Of a stretch of DNA of 64,000 nucleotides, positions 34,408 through 48,400 are shown one piece after another. The number at the start of each line of letters is the position of its first letter. Positions within the stretch are counted from its first letter, which is position 1. Both the position numbers and the translations under genes were made by a program. This DNA is from Pocillopora damicornis (lineage: Eukaryota): contig NW_020846568.1 in NCBI RefSeq assembly GCF_003704095.1, positions 62,001-126,000 of the forward strand, read 5' to 3'. The notes under the pieces were generated by a model. It ran no database searches. It worked only from the letters and a program-made list of their open reading frames with translations, and was not told where the DNA came from.

Positions 34408-37239
34408 TACAAGTCAGACGTATTCAAACGTATTTAAACCCTCTTGCCCGCAGAAAAAATCATTAATGCAGATAATTTCAGACGTTTTTTGTCTCTCTAA
34501 CAACTGATATGACGTGACAAATAGAATGAGGGCGTTCACCACATGTAAGAATTGATCAGCCAGGCTAAACAATTACATTTGAATTGGCCTTAATGCGAAT
34601 AGTTTTCCCTGATTTTTCCATAGGGCCAATAATTCCATCTTGCGAATATTTCTGACAAATCACTGAGATCTTTACGAATAGATCTCATCTAGCCAGCCTA
34701 CGCCAACCAGTTGCAACCGGTGTTCAGCGCCTTTTGCATCGTCCTAAGGGTTTGTGGCGTGTACAGAGCCGTTTGCTGGCCTTTTTCGAGTGTCGTTTCC
34801 TCTATGCGTAATCTAGTCAACACTATAATTAATTCTAAACGCAGGTTGTCTCCCAGTTCTATGTGAATCATAGGCAAGAGGAGATACCTCGGCAATGGCT
34901 CATATCATGCTAAATAGTATTTGTAATCAAAGGTAATTACGCTGAAGATGTAATTCAGAAATGCTTGCTTTCGTGCAAATGCAAAATTTTTCTAGTTCTA
35001 GACCTGCGATCGTTCTCAATTGCCAGCTATTGCTATGAGGTAGAGGGAAAACCTCAAGGATTTCAGGTAAAAGTAGGTAAATTTTTTTGGTATAATGATC
35101 CAGGATGGTAATAAAGGTTTGTAGAACACTGGAACCAAGACTCATATGTCATGTTTCAGCATTTTAAATCTAAACTTAAATTGTATCTCAATATTTAGTT
35201 GTATAGATTTTGATTTTTATTCTAATTTTGTTTACTTATTTATTTTATTTTAAGGAAGTTTTTACATAGGGTTAACCTCCAAACTTCCTTTTCTAGAAGT
35301 ACCTTTTTTTTTCTTAGTTTTTAATCTGTATATATAGTTTACCTCTAGAATAAATAAATAAAGTATATGTATGTATGTATGTTCCAAAGGGCAGGATATT
35401 GGACACTTCGATTACTTATATCATCATATATGAAGCATTTCTATTCTCATTTCTGATTATAGAACTACATTAAACTTTTAAAGTTGGTATAATCAAGATC
35501 CTTCCCTTTCTGAAGTGTTTTCATTGTCAGAGGTCTCACGCCATTTAATACTAATGTAGAATAACAGTTTGATTGATAGCTGGAAGTGGCATTACTTTAG
35601 ACTATGGTCCAGGCGTGAGAGACAAGTCGCCTCCAAAGTGGCGATTTGTGAACTGTCAGAGAAAAAAATTCTTAAGACACGTCGTTGAAAGAATTTCCAA
35701 ATGAGAAGGACAAGAAAGTGGCAAACGATTCGAGAGAATGCAACGCAATCATGGATGAGATACGGTTCCATTTTTTTTAATCAATCGTATCATGTAAGTA
35801 TGTAAACCTTTTTAGAAGATAAGATTAGCTTTAATGTTTCAATTTCTTGTAGTGATTCGACCTCACGGAGCCGAGCTTGCGTCGCTGTATTGTAATATTA
35901 TTTGATAAATTACGAGACCTAATAACTTTTCAGGGCACTACCCGTTACTTCATGCTTATGTAACTACATCAGACTATAAAATAAAATAAAGGGGCTGTTT
36001 ATTTGTAATTAGCATTGTCGTCTATAGCATATTTGAAAGTATTAGGCGTAAACGCCGAATATATGATGTCTTACAAAAATCAGAATGACATTCGACATCA
36101 CCGTTAACTGACGCTATGAAACTCATAAGAACTGACCGTCTGCAGAGGCTTTTATAGTTTCAAGCTTCTCAAGAAATTAAAAAAACATGATTTGATCTGA
36201 GCTCTCAAGCACAGTAACAATGCAGCATGATAAAATATTCACCGTGTAATTAGCGCTGTTTGTTTCAGGAATATGAAGCAAGTACATTCTTTCATTTCAC
36301 AACTCTGCTATCATGCATTTTGACCAGTTTATCTGTTGCCATCAGCCTACCCTTCAACTGACGATGATGGCGGAATCCGATGATGACAAATGTTTTTCTG
36401 CCACATAAAGCTAGCTTGAACAAATTTTTCTTACACCAGGGCTTTTTTTATGCAAATATCTACACGAAAACAGCAGAAAAGGAAGTCCAAAATGCGGCTT
36501 TACTTCTGTATTCTAGCGGCCGAAAAATATTGGCGAATTGTGTGATCTCTGAAAGGGCGACGAATGTCTTGCTACATACATCCAGCGCAAGAGGAAACAG
36601 CCAAGGAGGTAAGCATCGTTCTCATTTTCTAACCTCACCACGAGCAACGCAAGCGTTGCCTGTGAAATTTGATTTAAGCATTTGGCGGGAAGGGACTTTG
36701 CCGTGACAATATGAGACATTGTATTCATTTTACGGGTTTATTTTGGTGCGTTTCACAAAACTTTACGCGTGGGAAAGAAGGGAACTGTTTAGGAAAAACT
36801 GAAGACGCCCTCATGCAATACGAAAGTAGTCTTCATGATGACTTTTCGGAGAGCTGGCCCGATTTCGATAAATAGCCAAAGCAAAATCAGGAAGAATCGT
36901 TTGTAGTAAGGAAATCGAGATTTTTTTCTCGAGCTCACCGAGCCCAAGTCTTGTTCCTTTTCTTTTTTCGGCATGTTTCGTCCTTTTGTCGAGGCAGAGG
37001 GCCACACGTCTTATGTGTGGGTATTTCGTGGGCTGTTAATTAATCCCAACTGTCAAAATGTCACTAGGGCCACTGAAATAACTCAAGAATTCAATAAGAT
37101 TTATCTCACAGTCAGCCACAATCTAAACTTTGTAGAATCAAATATAAGTGCACATAATCAGGGCAGCAAAAAATACTCAACTCTCATTAGGAATTCTCTC
37201 TACTGTCTGCCATAAAATACTTATGATTTCAATTAGGAG

Positions 37240-37372
37240 AACTGGTATTAGATCAACTTGTAGTCCCCTAATTGAGTTTTCTGATTTATTTTCCTCACTC
37301 GTCTACTTGATTCTGTGTTGATGTTGTAAGGAGGAATTATATCTTGGTCACTCACGGGAGTTAAAGGGTTAA
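37240..37372. repeat. Interspersed repeat family ending gggagttaaagggttaa; related copies at about 59437-59592 and, more diverged, 62680-62840
   Basis: Shared core between copies: tattagatcaac...tcccctaattga..ttttc...tcactcgtctacttgat versus tattcgatcaac..tccccaacttgatattttt..tcatcacttatctgcttgat. Confidence 0.55.
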
Positions 37373-37452
37373 TGGGGAATCGTGTAAGGGAAGCCTCCTA
37401 CGAGGAAATTCCGATATTTTTTGGGTTGCTTCCCACAGGAGGGATGTGATGT

Positions 37453-37668
37453 AAGCACCACGGAGATCTTTGATTTAAACTTTACAGCGTTCTGTGCATT
37501 ACTGCATGAAAAGCAGGACAAGAGCTCTCTCAAGAGAGATTAGGGGATTCTTGAGAGTTTTTTTTTTATATTTCTGAGCACCACGGAGATCCTTGATATA
37601 AAAATTACAGCGTTCTGTGCACATAAAATGCAAGACAAGGACTCTCTCAAGAGAGATTAAGGGATTCT
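37453..37668. repeat. Tandem duplication of about 124 bp
   Basis: agcaccacggagatc...acagcgttctgtgca...ctctctcaagagagatta.gggattctt starts at 37453 and again at 37577. Confidence 0.85.
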
Positions 37669-37821
37669 TAAATTTTTTAAAGTATTTCTAACCATTAGAT
37701 TTAGGTCTTTGATTTCAAGTAGTCTATTAAATGCAGATATGGTAACACTTTTTCGGCATGCTTTGTTGAATCAAAACATCATTTGGAAAAGAGTTATTTT
37801 GTTCATAAATAGGCAATAAAA

Positions 37822-38013
37822 TAGCCTATTCCAGGCTTTTAGTTAGTAAAACGGAGTTTAATAGCAAACCGTGCAACAGTAGTAGCAGAGCGAAAACGTG
37901 GGAAGCTTGGGTCTGGTCGCGTAGAGAACGTGACTGGACCCAAACTTCCCTCGTTTATTCACTTCTCCGCTATTATCGCTTTTCGTTTTACTGGTTGGAC
38001 GCCCGGGGCAGGC
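37822..38013. mobile_element. MITE-like hairpin element; partial related copy at about 55690-55796
   Basis: Termini tagcctattccagg and cccggggcaggc. Central inverted repeat aaacgtgggaagcttgggtctggtcgcgt / acgtgactggacccaaacttccctcgttt. The second copy has gactcgaccaaaacttccttcgttt...gcctggaacagg. Confidence 0.55.
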
Positions 38014-41000
38014 AAAAAAACAAAACAAAAAAGAGATTCTTAACTGTTGATATTCTCTTGGACAAAAACAAACAAATTTGAGAAAAAAAATACCAATAAG
38101 ATTTTAATGAAGAAGATAACCAAAGGCGAAAATGGGGAAACTAAGGAAATTCTTCCAAAATATCCCGCTACTGTATTTATAAAAGGTGAAAATTTTAAAT
38201 GGTGCATTTAAACAGTCAGACGTTTCCCATTTGTTAGAATGTGCGTGAAATGCATCAAAACATGTTCTTAGCAGGACAACAAGCAAACAGAGACATGTGG
38301 AACTATTTATAGAAGACCGAGAAAAATTTCAAAAACAACTGAAACGGCAGTCAATCACAGTAACCACGAGATGAGGGTGATCTACCGAAAATAACCTTAT
38401 CTTTCTCTTCTTTTTGTGAAACATTATTCAGTCTAAAAATAGTTTAAGAACAAGATAATGAGTTTAGTCTCTTGGGTTGAAAAAAAAATAAACAAGCTGA
38501 TGTAACATCTGTTCTCTCACGTTTTTATTCATTGCATGAATGAAGTTCTTTGAGTACATCCTCAAGCGACACAGTGCGCCGTAACAATTTTGGTACTTTT
38601 CACACTCATAACTAATTTTATTTTTACGTCCAATCGCTTCAGGCATAATATGGACATGTCGCGCAGAAAACGTACCTTATATATCTATAGTAAGTTTTCG
38701 TGACATAGCTACTAAGAAGATCCCATTAAAGCCCCTTTTCATCCGCTTTCCCCCGATTTTCCGGAGTTTGGGCGTTTGAATCTCACAAAGTTTTATTTTA
38801 CAGTATTTTGCAGTATTGTAATGCAGCTTAAATCAAATCTTTCTTAATTTACCTCTTTGAGCTAAGAATGTTGCTTTAAATGGATCGTGTCAGGAAATTA
38901 CGATCCGAAAAGAAGAGTGACTTTATTTCAATTCTCATCGGTGGAATTTCTGACCAATTTACCAAAGAGGGAAAAGTGTAGATATCCTTTTAGTCAGGAC
39001 TGAAGGAAAAACAATGGTTATCGAATTACACTGACAACGATTTGAAGAATTCTTGTTCTTTAAAAGTGTAAAATCACTTGTTGTTTTATACAAAATTTTT
39101 AAGACAAAGTTTTTAATTAAATTCAATTTCATCTGTACAAAGTTCAATTTTAATAAATAAGTTAAATAAATTCAGTTTCATCTGCACAGAACCAAAAATG
39201 TTTTCAAAATTTACCCGTGAAGGGACAAACAATTCGTCGCAAAGCAAAAATATTCCTAATCCGATACAATACCTCATAAACCACACGTAGGCGTAGAGTA
39301 GATTTGAAAATCCCATTGTTTGGTGTTTTCAAACCAAAACATGGCTTGCTTTGATATTCTGCCAATGCGATCTGTTTTGTGGTATTACTGTTTATCTAGT
39401 CTTTTAATCCCTACAGACCACAATATTAAAAAACAACCAAAACAACCTGTGTAAACCAGTGCATCTATCAGCAGCAGGTATGTCTGTAAGCTTGAGCGGC
39501 ACATGTCACGACGTGGTCGGTCTACAGGTGTTAATAATTTGGTTGCACTTACTATAAAAATATAACAGAGATATTATGTTAGCTCTCATTGGTCAAAAAT
39601 CTATTATTTATCGTACAAGTAAACCCACAGAAAAACTGAAAAAAAAATTACTATGATTCTACATATACACGATAAGCCTCTTGGCATATTGAGAAAATTC
39701 TTCAAGCCTGGGAGTAATTTGTAAAATCTTACTCCGTAAACCGAGTGTGGCCTGGTGATGATAGAACTAGAACTGCTAGTTGAATTGTGTCATCGTTTCC
39801 ATCTCACACTTATCCCTTGGAGATGAATCGCTTGATGCCTAACTTTGAATTTTAATTCTCCAAATCCTTATAGTTTCCAAACGATTGTCTTCATTTCATC
39901 GTATATGTGGTGTACTTTCTCTTCAAGTTGTTCACTTCATAGCGACATAACATCACTTGACAGGTCAACATAACTAGGTTGTTAAAATTTCGTATCGACC
40001 ACAAGTAAAACACAAATGTCCTCCCATACTTTGTCAGTGCCTCATAAATCAACTTTTAAACCCCTGAGGGTGACTAGCATCCGATTTCTCCTAAAGTGGC
40101 GCTGCTGAATCACATTTCAAGGTCATGGGAAGAAAGACACTTATCTCTTTTGCTGAGGGTTATTGACAAACAGCTGTCACTCCCTTATCAGTACTACTGC
40201 ATTCTATCGGTAATTTAAAAAAAAAACCGAAATATTCTTTATCTACTTGTTTATCAGTAAGATACACAAATTGGGAAAGAACTGATGAAACTTGATATAA
40301 AAAATTACAAATGATGGAAACAGAGGATATGATATCGATGTATTCAGAGATTATGTCCTACCGTGGCTCCATCTGCATTTAGGCTAAATACAGTCCTTTT
40401 TAATTTTTATCCTGTGCAAAATACTCAGTTATTAAGAATAACACTCTTAAAAACTTGGTCCTTTACTTCCGAGCGTAAAAATCATATTTAAATTTTCGCT
40501 TATATCTGGTTGATGATGTATTTTTGAAATACTGCTTTGCTTTACAAGTTTTGGACGAGAATTGCAAAGTTCAAGAATAAGGCTTAGCAATTTGGGGAGG
40601 TAATTACCTTGCCCTAAATTTCTTCTTTTTTCTTTGCTCCTCTCTGATTTCTTATTTCTTCATCTATGCTCTGAAAGATACTGAAAAATTATTATTTTTC
40701 ATGTTTTAATACTTTTATCCTGTGTAAAAATTGTTCAATAATGTTCACAGATTTTTCCTAAGATTGTATCAGGAAAGTGGCACTTGCTTAAAGCGGAGCC
40801 TCTTCCGAGTGGTTTTCTGAAAATAATTTGCATGAAATAAATTTATATGACATAAAATTGCCGCCGAAATAACATTGTTTTAGGAACTTATCACGTTTGT
40901 GCACTAGCAGTGTGCTGGCGAGAAAAATAAGACAACACGCACTTCCTAGCCAGGTTTGTTTCGAGTTCCATGGAAACATTTGGTCAGTGAACTTTATGGC

Positions 41001-42485
41001 AGCCATCATCTACTCACACTCTGTCTTTCTAATTTTGTTTTGTACTGGCTCAGTCACGACATCGACTTTAAAAATTTCACTCGAAGAGTCTTAATCGTGA
41101 CCTCTGGAAAGACGACGACCTTGCTCAGTTTCACAAAAATAGATAAATAATATTGAATAGAATAAAATAAATAATTAAAGAGATGGTGGAATCTTCCTTG
41201 AAAGAAAGTTGCATAGCTTTGACACCCAGCGCCCTCTATTCCTAAGAAAGTATAAAGAATATATTTCCTCGGCGAGTTCTTGGTAGAAGACGAAATACTC
41301 CATCAGTTTCAAACAATAAACTCTGCCACAGAGAAGTACTTCATTATTGATTAGTGTTGCGTAACGAAGATTGTTACGTAATCATGCCTATCGGTAGTTT
41401 TATTTTCCTTTTTGCTTTTAAATAATAATGCAGATTAAGATTGTGCTTGTAATTATTGTGCCTTAAAAGTCTTTTTATCTTTGCCTTTTGTGCTTAAGTT
41501 AATTCACAGGAAATTTAACATCCCGGTTAGGAAAACTCCTCATGCGTAAATCGCTTTGTGTGAGTATTATGCTATTTTTTGCCCGAGAATTAATTCCATG
41601 TCAAAGCACCTTATCCCCTATTATCACTATCTATGACAATTTTCACTTCCTCATCCTTTGCTTTGAATTATTGAAAGGGCATGTCTAAGTGGACTTCCTA
41701 CATACGGGATTATGACAAAACATTTCTTGGAATCTATTATTCAGCATTCCAGAGGCTAAGGGATAAAAATTAACGGTAAGAAATTTACAGGGGAACCTGA
41801 TAAAGAGCCTAGACACTTTGAAACACAAGAGACCAAGTATGCAACTAACTGCTTGCTTTTCAGTTTTATCGCGTTTAAACAACCTAGACATCTTAAAACT
41901 GTGGAAATAAATTCACATGCACAGGAAGTTGCGAATCCTTGGTATCTATTTGCCTCTCCGGAAACACTGTGAAGGAAGTGGAAATTATCTACATACTGAC
42001 GTTCCTGCATGCAATACGAGATTGTCTGTGGTGTCCCTTGCAGCTTATCTAACTTGACATTCGAGCTCCGTGGTACCCGTCTTTTTTTTCTTTTTTTTCT
42101 TTTTTTTAATTTGTTTATTTATTTTTTGAATATAATTAAGAAAAAAAAACAGAAAAAAGGTTCGAGATTGCGAAGCATTAAACTTCCAATACCTCCCACC
42201 ACTTTTAAAATACTGAATCCGGCAAATCAACTGTCAGGTGCGGCGCATGCGGGCCGACATCAATTAAACCGCTATTAATTACCACTGTCAACAAATCGCA
42301 AAGAGAAATGCAACCAGTCACACTTTGTCCGTCAGTGATACACAGCAACTGACCCAAATTCTAAGACACTAAAAGTTGTGGGGTCGCAACGCACGTGTCA
42401 AAACAAAACTCGCCATATTGTCTTCTTGGTCGATCAAAGCTTTGCTGGAACACGCAGTAGCAGTTAAGTAGCAGAACGAGGCGCG

Positions 42486-45400
42486 ATGTGGAGCGTCTCG
42501 ACACCGTTGTTCTTGTTTTTCTGCGGGGCAAGTTTCTTCGTCATAGGTAAGTTTAACCAGTGTTTACTTCGAGTTTATTCTTTTTAAGCGCGAGCCTTCG
42601 AAGTTGTGATAGTAAGTTTTAGGTGGCCTGCTGACTATACTATCTGTGTCATCGACACCGGAGTCGAAATTGAACAAACAAAAATATGCATAGTTTGTTC
42701 TACTTTTAAGGCGTCCAATTTAACCTCAATCTTGAGCTATTTATACCAAGACTCAGTCCTAAATCTTTCCTTAATACGAAGTTTATTTTTCATGGGTAAT
42801 CTTGTTTGGAATTTAGAATTGTAACAGGGTTACCAGAAAGCCACTATTCGTAATATTGGATTAAATCATACGGCAGCAATTCGTGTTTTTGAGTGGGAAA
42901 AATTTTGATTCTGTTTATTTAAGACAAAATTGCCTATTCAGCCTAACTATTTTCCAGATGTTGCGTCCATGTCCATGTTTGCATTTAAAGTTTAATTTCA
43001 TTTTGATGTTCTAAACTGAGTACGACTATCTTTCATTGAACTCGAATGGCTGCGCAGAATTTCAAAATCCCTGAACTTTCGGCAAATCTTGGAGTATTTT
43101 TAACTTTCAAACTCAAACTGTCTTTAGAATATGCACTGTGCTCACGTTTTTCAAAGTTAGCAGGCATATTTATTTATTCTCCTTTACAGAATATAATTAA
43201 ATATTTATTCGAACGCGTACAATAAGGAAACTGGCTGATAGTAACAGCCGCTCAGAGGGGCTGCCGCAAAGGTGCTGTGTATTTCAAAGAAGTCCTGAAG
43301 AGCGGACTTGATTAAGTTTATTCAGCTTCATGCATCGCTGGCTCGGGGTAAGATACTAGGTCATTAATTAAACTTTGGACCAAAAGAATTTTATTCAACT
43401 GGAGATTGTTATGCAGTGTTCAACTCATCGACCGCACCAGCTAAAAACAAATTTGATAAATATTCCGCTTAATTTATTTCCTCTAACAGTCTTCATGGGT
43501 TTTACAAAGTATTTTTAGCACCAGCGCTGTTTCGTAAACAAAATATGAGTTTAAACTGGATCACTTAGTCAAAGAATGGTGTATTGCAAATAAAGGGTCG
43601 TGTTTGTCAAGTTCCAGCGGGTTGTAAGAAAAATAATACTTTACTGCACTGTGGGTTGCCTCAAATACTTCACCCAATGCTGTAACGACAGTTACTATAC
43701 ATCATAAAAAGCTTTTTCATTTTCTTATCAAGATAGGGCGGAGAGTTATCTTATCAGTCTGCGGCGGATCCTTTTGGCAGTTATTGGGCAGTAATTACTG
43801 CACAACAGCCAATCTTTGCAAAACATCTCTAATGGAAACAACTCTTTCACGCACGCATATTGGAATCTTTGATTCCATATCTGATTTCTGCCCATTCTTC
43901 AATCGAAAGTATTGTGGAGGGAATGAAGTGAAACGAACTTGACCGTAAAAGACGTTGAATGCTTGGTAACACAGCACTTGTGGCGATAGCTCAATGTGAA
44001 ATACCAAGACTACACTTGCAATTAAATTTCTTTGTTTCCTCAAAAGATAATCTTTCGTCTTAAAATACTGATTACCCTTTCAATTAAGAATAATTCGCCT
44101 TTGATCTTGAAAGACAGCATTTGAAGAATTCATTTATCGAAAGACAAAGAGTAATTAAAACACTACCCGTCGTAAGGAGCTTAATTCATATGCAAATGCA
44201 AAAACCCCTTTTGAGTGAGTTACATAAACAAAGATATATTTCTGTTTGACTTTGGCACATCTTTCGCGTTCTTAAATGTCAGAAATCATTTTCACAGTGT
44301 TTATCACATATAAACATGTCACTCTTCCCAGGAAAATAACCATGTCTTGTCTTAACTAAGTGGTAAATAATTTGTAGATTGCGTGCTTTCGACATTTATC
44401 GTTAACTTTCAGATAAAAAAATGTTGAGACAGATTATTGGCCGATAACCATGCTCCTACACGATTAGAAAGTCTTGAAAATTGTAGAAACGCGGTAAATT
44501 AACCATAACAGGAAGTTGCGCAACTCTGGCACCCAACTGCCTCCGATTGCAAGGAATTCTCCGGTAACTCGGCTGCAACAAAATAGTTTGCATACAAACA
44601 TTTTGAAAAAACCTCCCACGAGTAATCGTCATATAATATAAGTCAAAGTAAAAAGAAAAGCCACTTAAGTATTTCCATGAAGGAGCACTTCGTAGTTGCA
44701 AAGGAACGGTGAGAAAAAGCAAATGAAAATTTTATATGTTTCATGAAGGCAAGCCGATTCCCGAAAAAAATTAATTAAGTGCATTTAGTCTAATTCACAA
44801 AGATCTCTTTGCAGGTGCCTTTTTTCTTGTTGTAAAACATTTTTACGCTTTTTACTTTTGTTAAACATGTTGAACATGGCGCTGAAAAAGCGTAGAATTG
44901 ACATTCAAATATATTTGATGATATTATGCAATGCAATTACTTTCTCGGTATCTCTTAATTTACCCCTTCTTGAATAATCAACCATACACTTAAATTTCCG
45001 TCCCTAGACTTTAATCACGTTCAACGTGATTCGAGCTCCAGTTGTATACTATCGGATGCCTTTTCTAATACAATTTTTTTTAGAGGAGTTATTTACAGAT
45101 AGCGTTTACGTTACAGTGTGAGGAATACTGATGAGACATTTTGGTCTCCTTTTCAATTGAGCAGCTTCAACAATTTGGAATGAGCCCAATGTATTTCTGA
45201 TAACCTTTGGCCTTCATTGGGGGCGATGTAAGGAAACAGATGGCCAATTTAGCTTTCTCAAAAAAAAAATAGTGATGAAACTAGCCGCCTGTCAAAATGT
45301 TTTTCATGGCCTGATGACTCTTTCTTAGTCGGCTTTTTACGATTGTAACAAGATCAAAACGCAGAATGACTCAATCATGTTCAAGCCTCTTTGTGTAATC

Positions 45401-48400
45401 TGCATTGGTGTGTTTTAGATACCGAGAGATAGACAACAACTATGAAGTCGTCGACGAGCCTCGAATTACAGTCCATTTGTTTCTATGCGGAGCTTCGTTG
45501 TTTTCAACGCTAATTTTCTGCTTTTTGATCATTTCTGGGCATAAGAGGAATACATCCTCTCTGGATTTCTTTCTTTATAAATTTCTTTCTAACTGACCTG
45601 TCTGTGATATGTGATAAGGTGCAATGTCACTGAATCTATGCGTTTTAATTTTCGTGTGGTTACGTATAAAACAGCATATTTCTTCAGAGCATATTTCTTG
45701 TAAAGCAGCTTAGTTCGTCTGATCATATCCCGTGTTTTAAAATTTTTATAACAGCTTTTTCCTAAAATGACAGTGAATTTTTTTTTAACAGCCCAGAGCT
45801 TTTGTTTACCTCACTACTGGCGAGACGACGCTATATATTTAGGGAAGAGAGATGGCAAATTTTCTTTAAGCTAAAGAGTAACTCTTAATTAAAATTTTAT
45901 GTTATTTTGGTCTGCGGAGAAAACACTTCTTCGAACGTGATCAGTGGCTAGCCACGGGAACTGTTGATGAAGCACAATTTCCCTTTTCTACTTTGAAAAC
46001 TATGAAACATTGTCTCGACAAAAACAATAAGGGGACTCATTGATCCAATAAAAAATTACATCACGATAATACGGCAAAGGCCAAGGACGAATTGAGTATC
46101 CTCCATGGAAAACTACTCGGAGGGGGTTTTTTCATTAGTTTATGAAACAGCTGGTGCTCCTCAGTTACTCGGGTTTGCAATCAGTTACATTACGTAACCA
46201 AATCAACTTTAGAAAAACTTAATAATGTCATTTCTGTGCGGTGCACGAGATTATCACATTATTCCTAGCTCATTATGACTATATGAGAGAGTGAGCTTTA
46301 AATTTGGGCGCAAACCTAAGGCGAAATAATCGATTAATAAATTTAAATTTTCCGACTGTATTGACATAATTATCATTGATCAATAAGTTTGGTCGGTAGA
46401 TTAAGAGAGGGTAGTGAATTGGGTTAATGGTACAGTATCAGTCTGTTGAGAACTAAAGTAGAAACTCTTTATCAACTGCTCAACTTAACGTTTGGTTTAG
46501 TCTCCTCTAGGCCGCATTTTTGTGTCTGATTAGCTGTCGCTTTAGTAATAGTTCAGAGCCTATCAACCTTAAAAATTGTACTTGAAACCAAGTACAATCT
46601 TAAGACTTCTTTGTATATGTAGGCGTCATTTATATGCAGAGAGCTATTCGAATTTATTCAACTCATGTGTCGCCTTCAGTTCCAAAGCGCCGATAGGAGC
46701 AATAGAAACGACAACTTTATGAATTCAAAATGAAGCAAAGTTTTTCCCCATTGCATTTAAAACTACTGAAATGTATCATGTTTAATTGAAANNNNNNNNN
46801 NNNNNNNNNNNNNNNNNNNNNNNNNNNNNNNNNNNNNNNNNNNNNNNNNNNNNNNNNNNNNNNNNNNNNNNNNNNNNNNNNNNNNNNNNNNNNNNNNNNN
46901 NNNNNNNNNNNNNNNNNNNNNNNNNNNNNNNNNNNNNNNNNNNNNNNNNNNNNNNNNNNNNNNNNNNNNNNNNNNNNNNNNNNNNNNNNNNNNNNNNNNN
47001 NNNNNNNNNNNNNNNNNNNNNNNNNNNNNNNNNNNNNNNNNNNNNNNNNNNNNNNNNNNNNNNNNNNNNNNNNNNNNNNNNNNNNNNNNNNNNATTAGAG
47101 GTTGGCCTGTGTATAGCCAGAGTTGATATCACAAGTATCTCCTTATTTGCTTGCCTCAATTTTCTCTGCATATCACTCATGTTATTTCACTACATTATAA
47201 CTTTTTACCCACCCTTGAGTGGGAACAATTTTTGTTCACAAGTAATTCTTTCACCTAAGGTACCTGTGCTGTGAAGTCAAGATTTGCGTGCGAGGGTGAG
47301 AAGTTACGCTTGCGCTGTGAAAGTGACTACGTCCTTCGTGTATTCAATGCCAAATATGGTCGTTTAGAGCCTGGGAGTTCAATATGTCCACACGAGAATA
47401 TCACTGACTTAAACTGTCAGGCGGAAGGTGTGCTATTGAAAGTTATGGCAATGTGTACCAATAGAAGAAGGTGTATCATAAAAGCGGACAGTTCTTTTTT
47501 TCGAGATCCTTGTCCTGGCACATACAAGTATCTGGAGGTTATTTATGGATGTGGTAAGTCCATCATGAGTTGTTTTTGTTTTTGCTTTTTTTCCGCTTCA
47601 TTTATCATTTTTTCTGTTATTCGGGAAGCTACTCTTCGAAAGGTGTCAGGGAAGGCTGAGGTGTCGGGGGAACAGCAGTGAATTTTAATTCATGCTGTTA
47701 CACAAGTTTTTTATCAACTTGAAATAAGAACGCCCTTCACCTTGAGTCTGAGCCCGATTTAGAGCGAAAAATGGAAAAGGGAAATTGGTATTTGTACCTC
47801 CACACTTTCCATTGGATTGTTAATAAATGCCTTCATTGCTCATATCGAATAGTGGCATAGATTGTAATCTTAGCGACAGCTATAATCAATCCTTCAACTA
47901 CCAAAGGTGTGCTAAATGAATCGTTTCCAGTAGTCCCCAAAAGAGCACTTCTCGGTGACAAGGCCGAACCAAGTTGATGAAAACTTTTAGCTGTCAACAC
48001 AAACCCTGTTTTAACCTATACTTCAACATCTTCAATATTCAATACAGTTCCTGGCGATAATTGGACTCCGACACCAACGTCGAAAAAGTCAAAGACGAAA
48101 CCTCGTTTTAACAGAACGACGCCAGTAACCATGAAGTCGCCAATAACAAAAAGACCTCGTCTAAAGAGTACAACGGACAGCACAACTGGTAAAAATAGTT
48201 CGATAAACAACATCAGCGGAACGAATCAATCTAACACAACAAGAGAATTTTTACCAACGAGAAAATCTACCACCCTTAGCTTCCTATCCACTTGGACCAC
48301 GAAGAAAAAAAAGTCACTTCCAAAAGCTCCAGATTCAAAAGCCTCAGGCAGGGAAGGTGAGGAAGGCGTGATTTTTGTCCTGCTGAGATCTGTGTACGTC

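Noticed and set aside
46782-47274. Long ORFs spanning N runs (also 49442-49813 and 61835-62066)
   Set aside because: Artefacts of translating assembly gaps.
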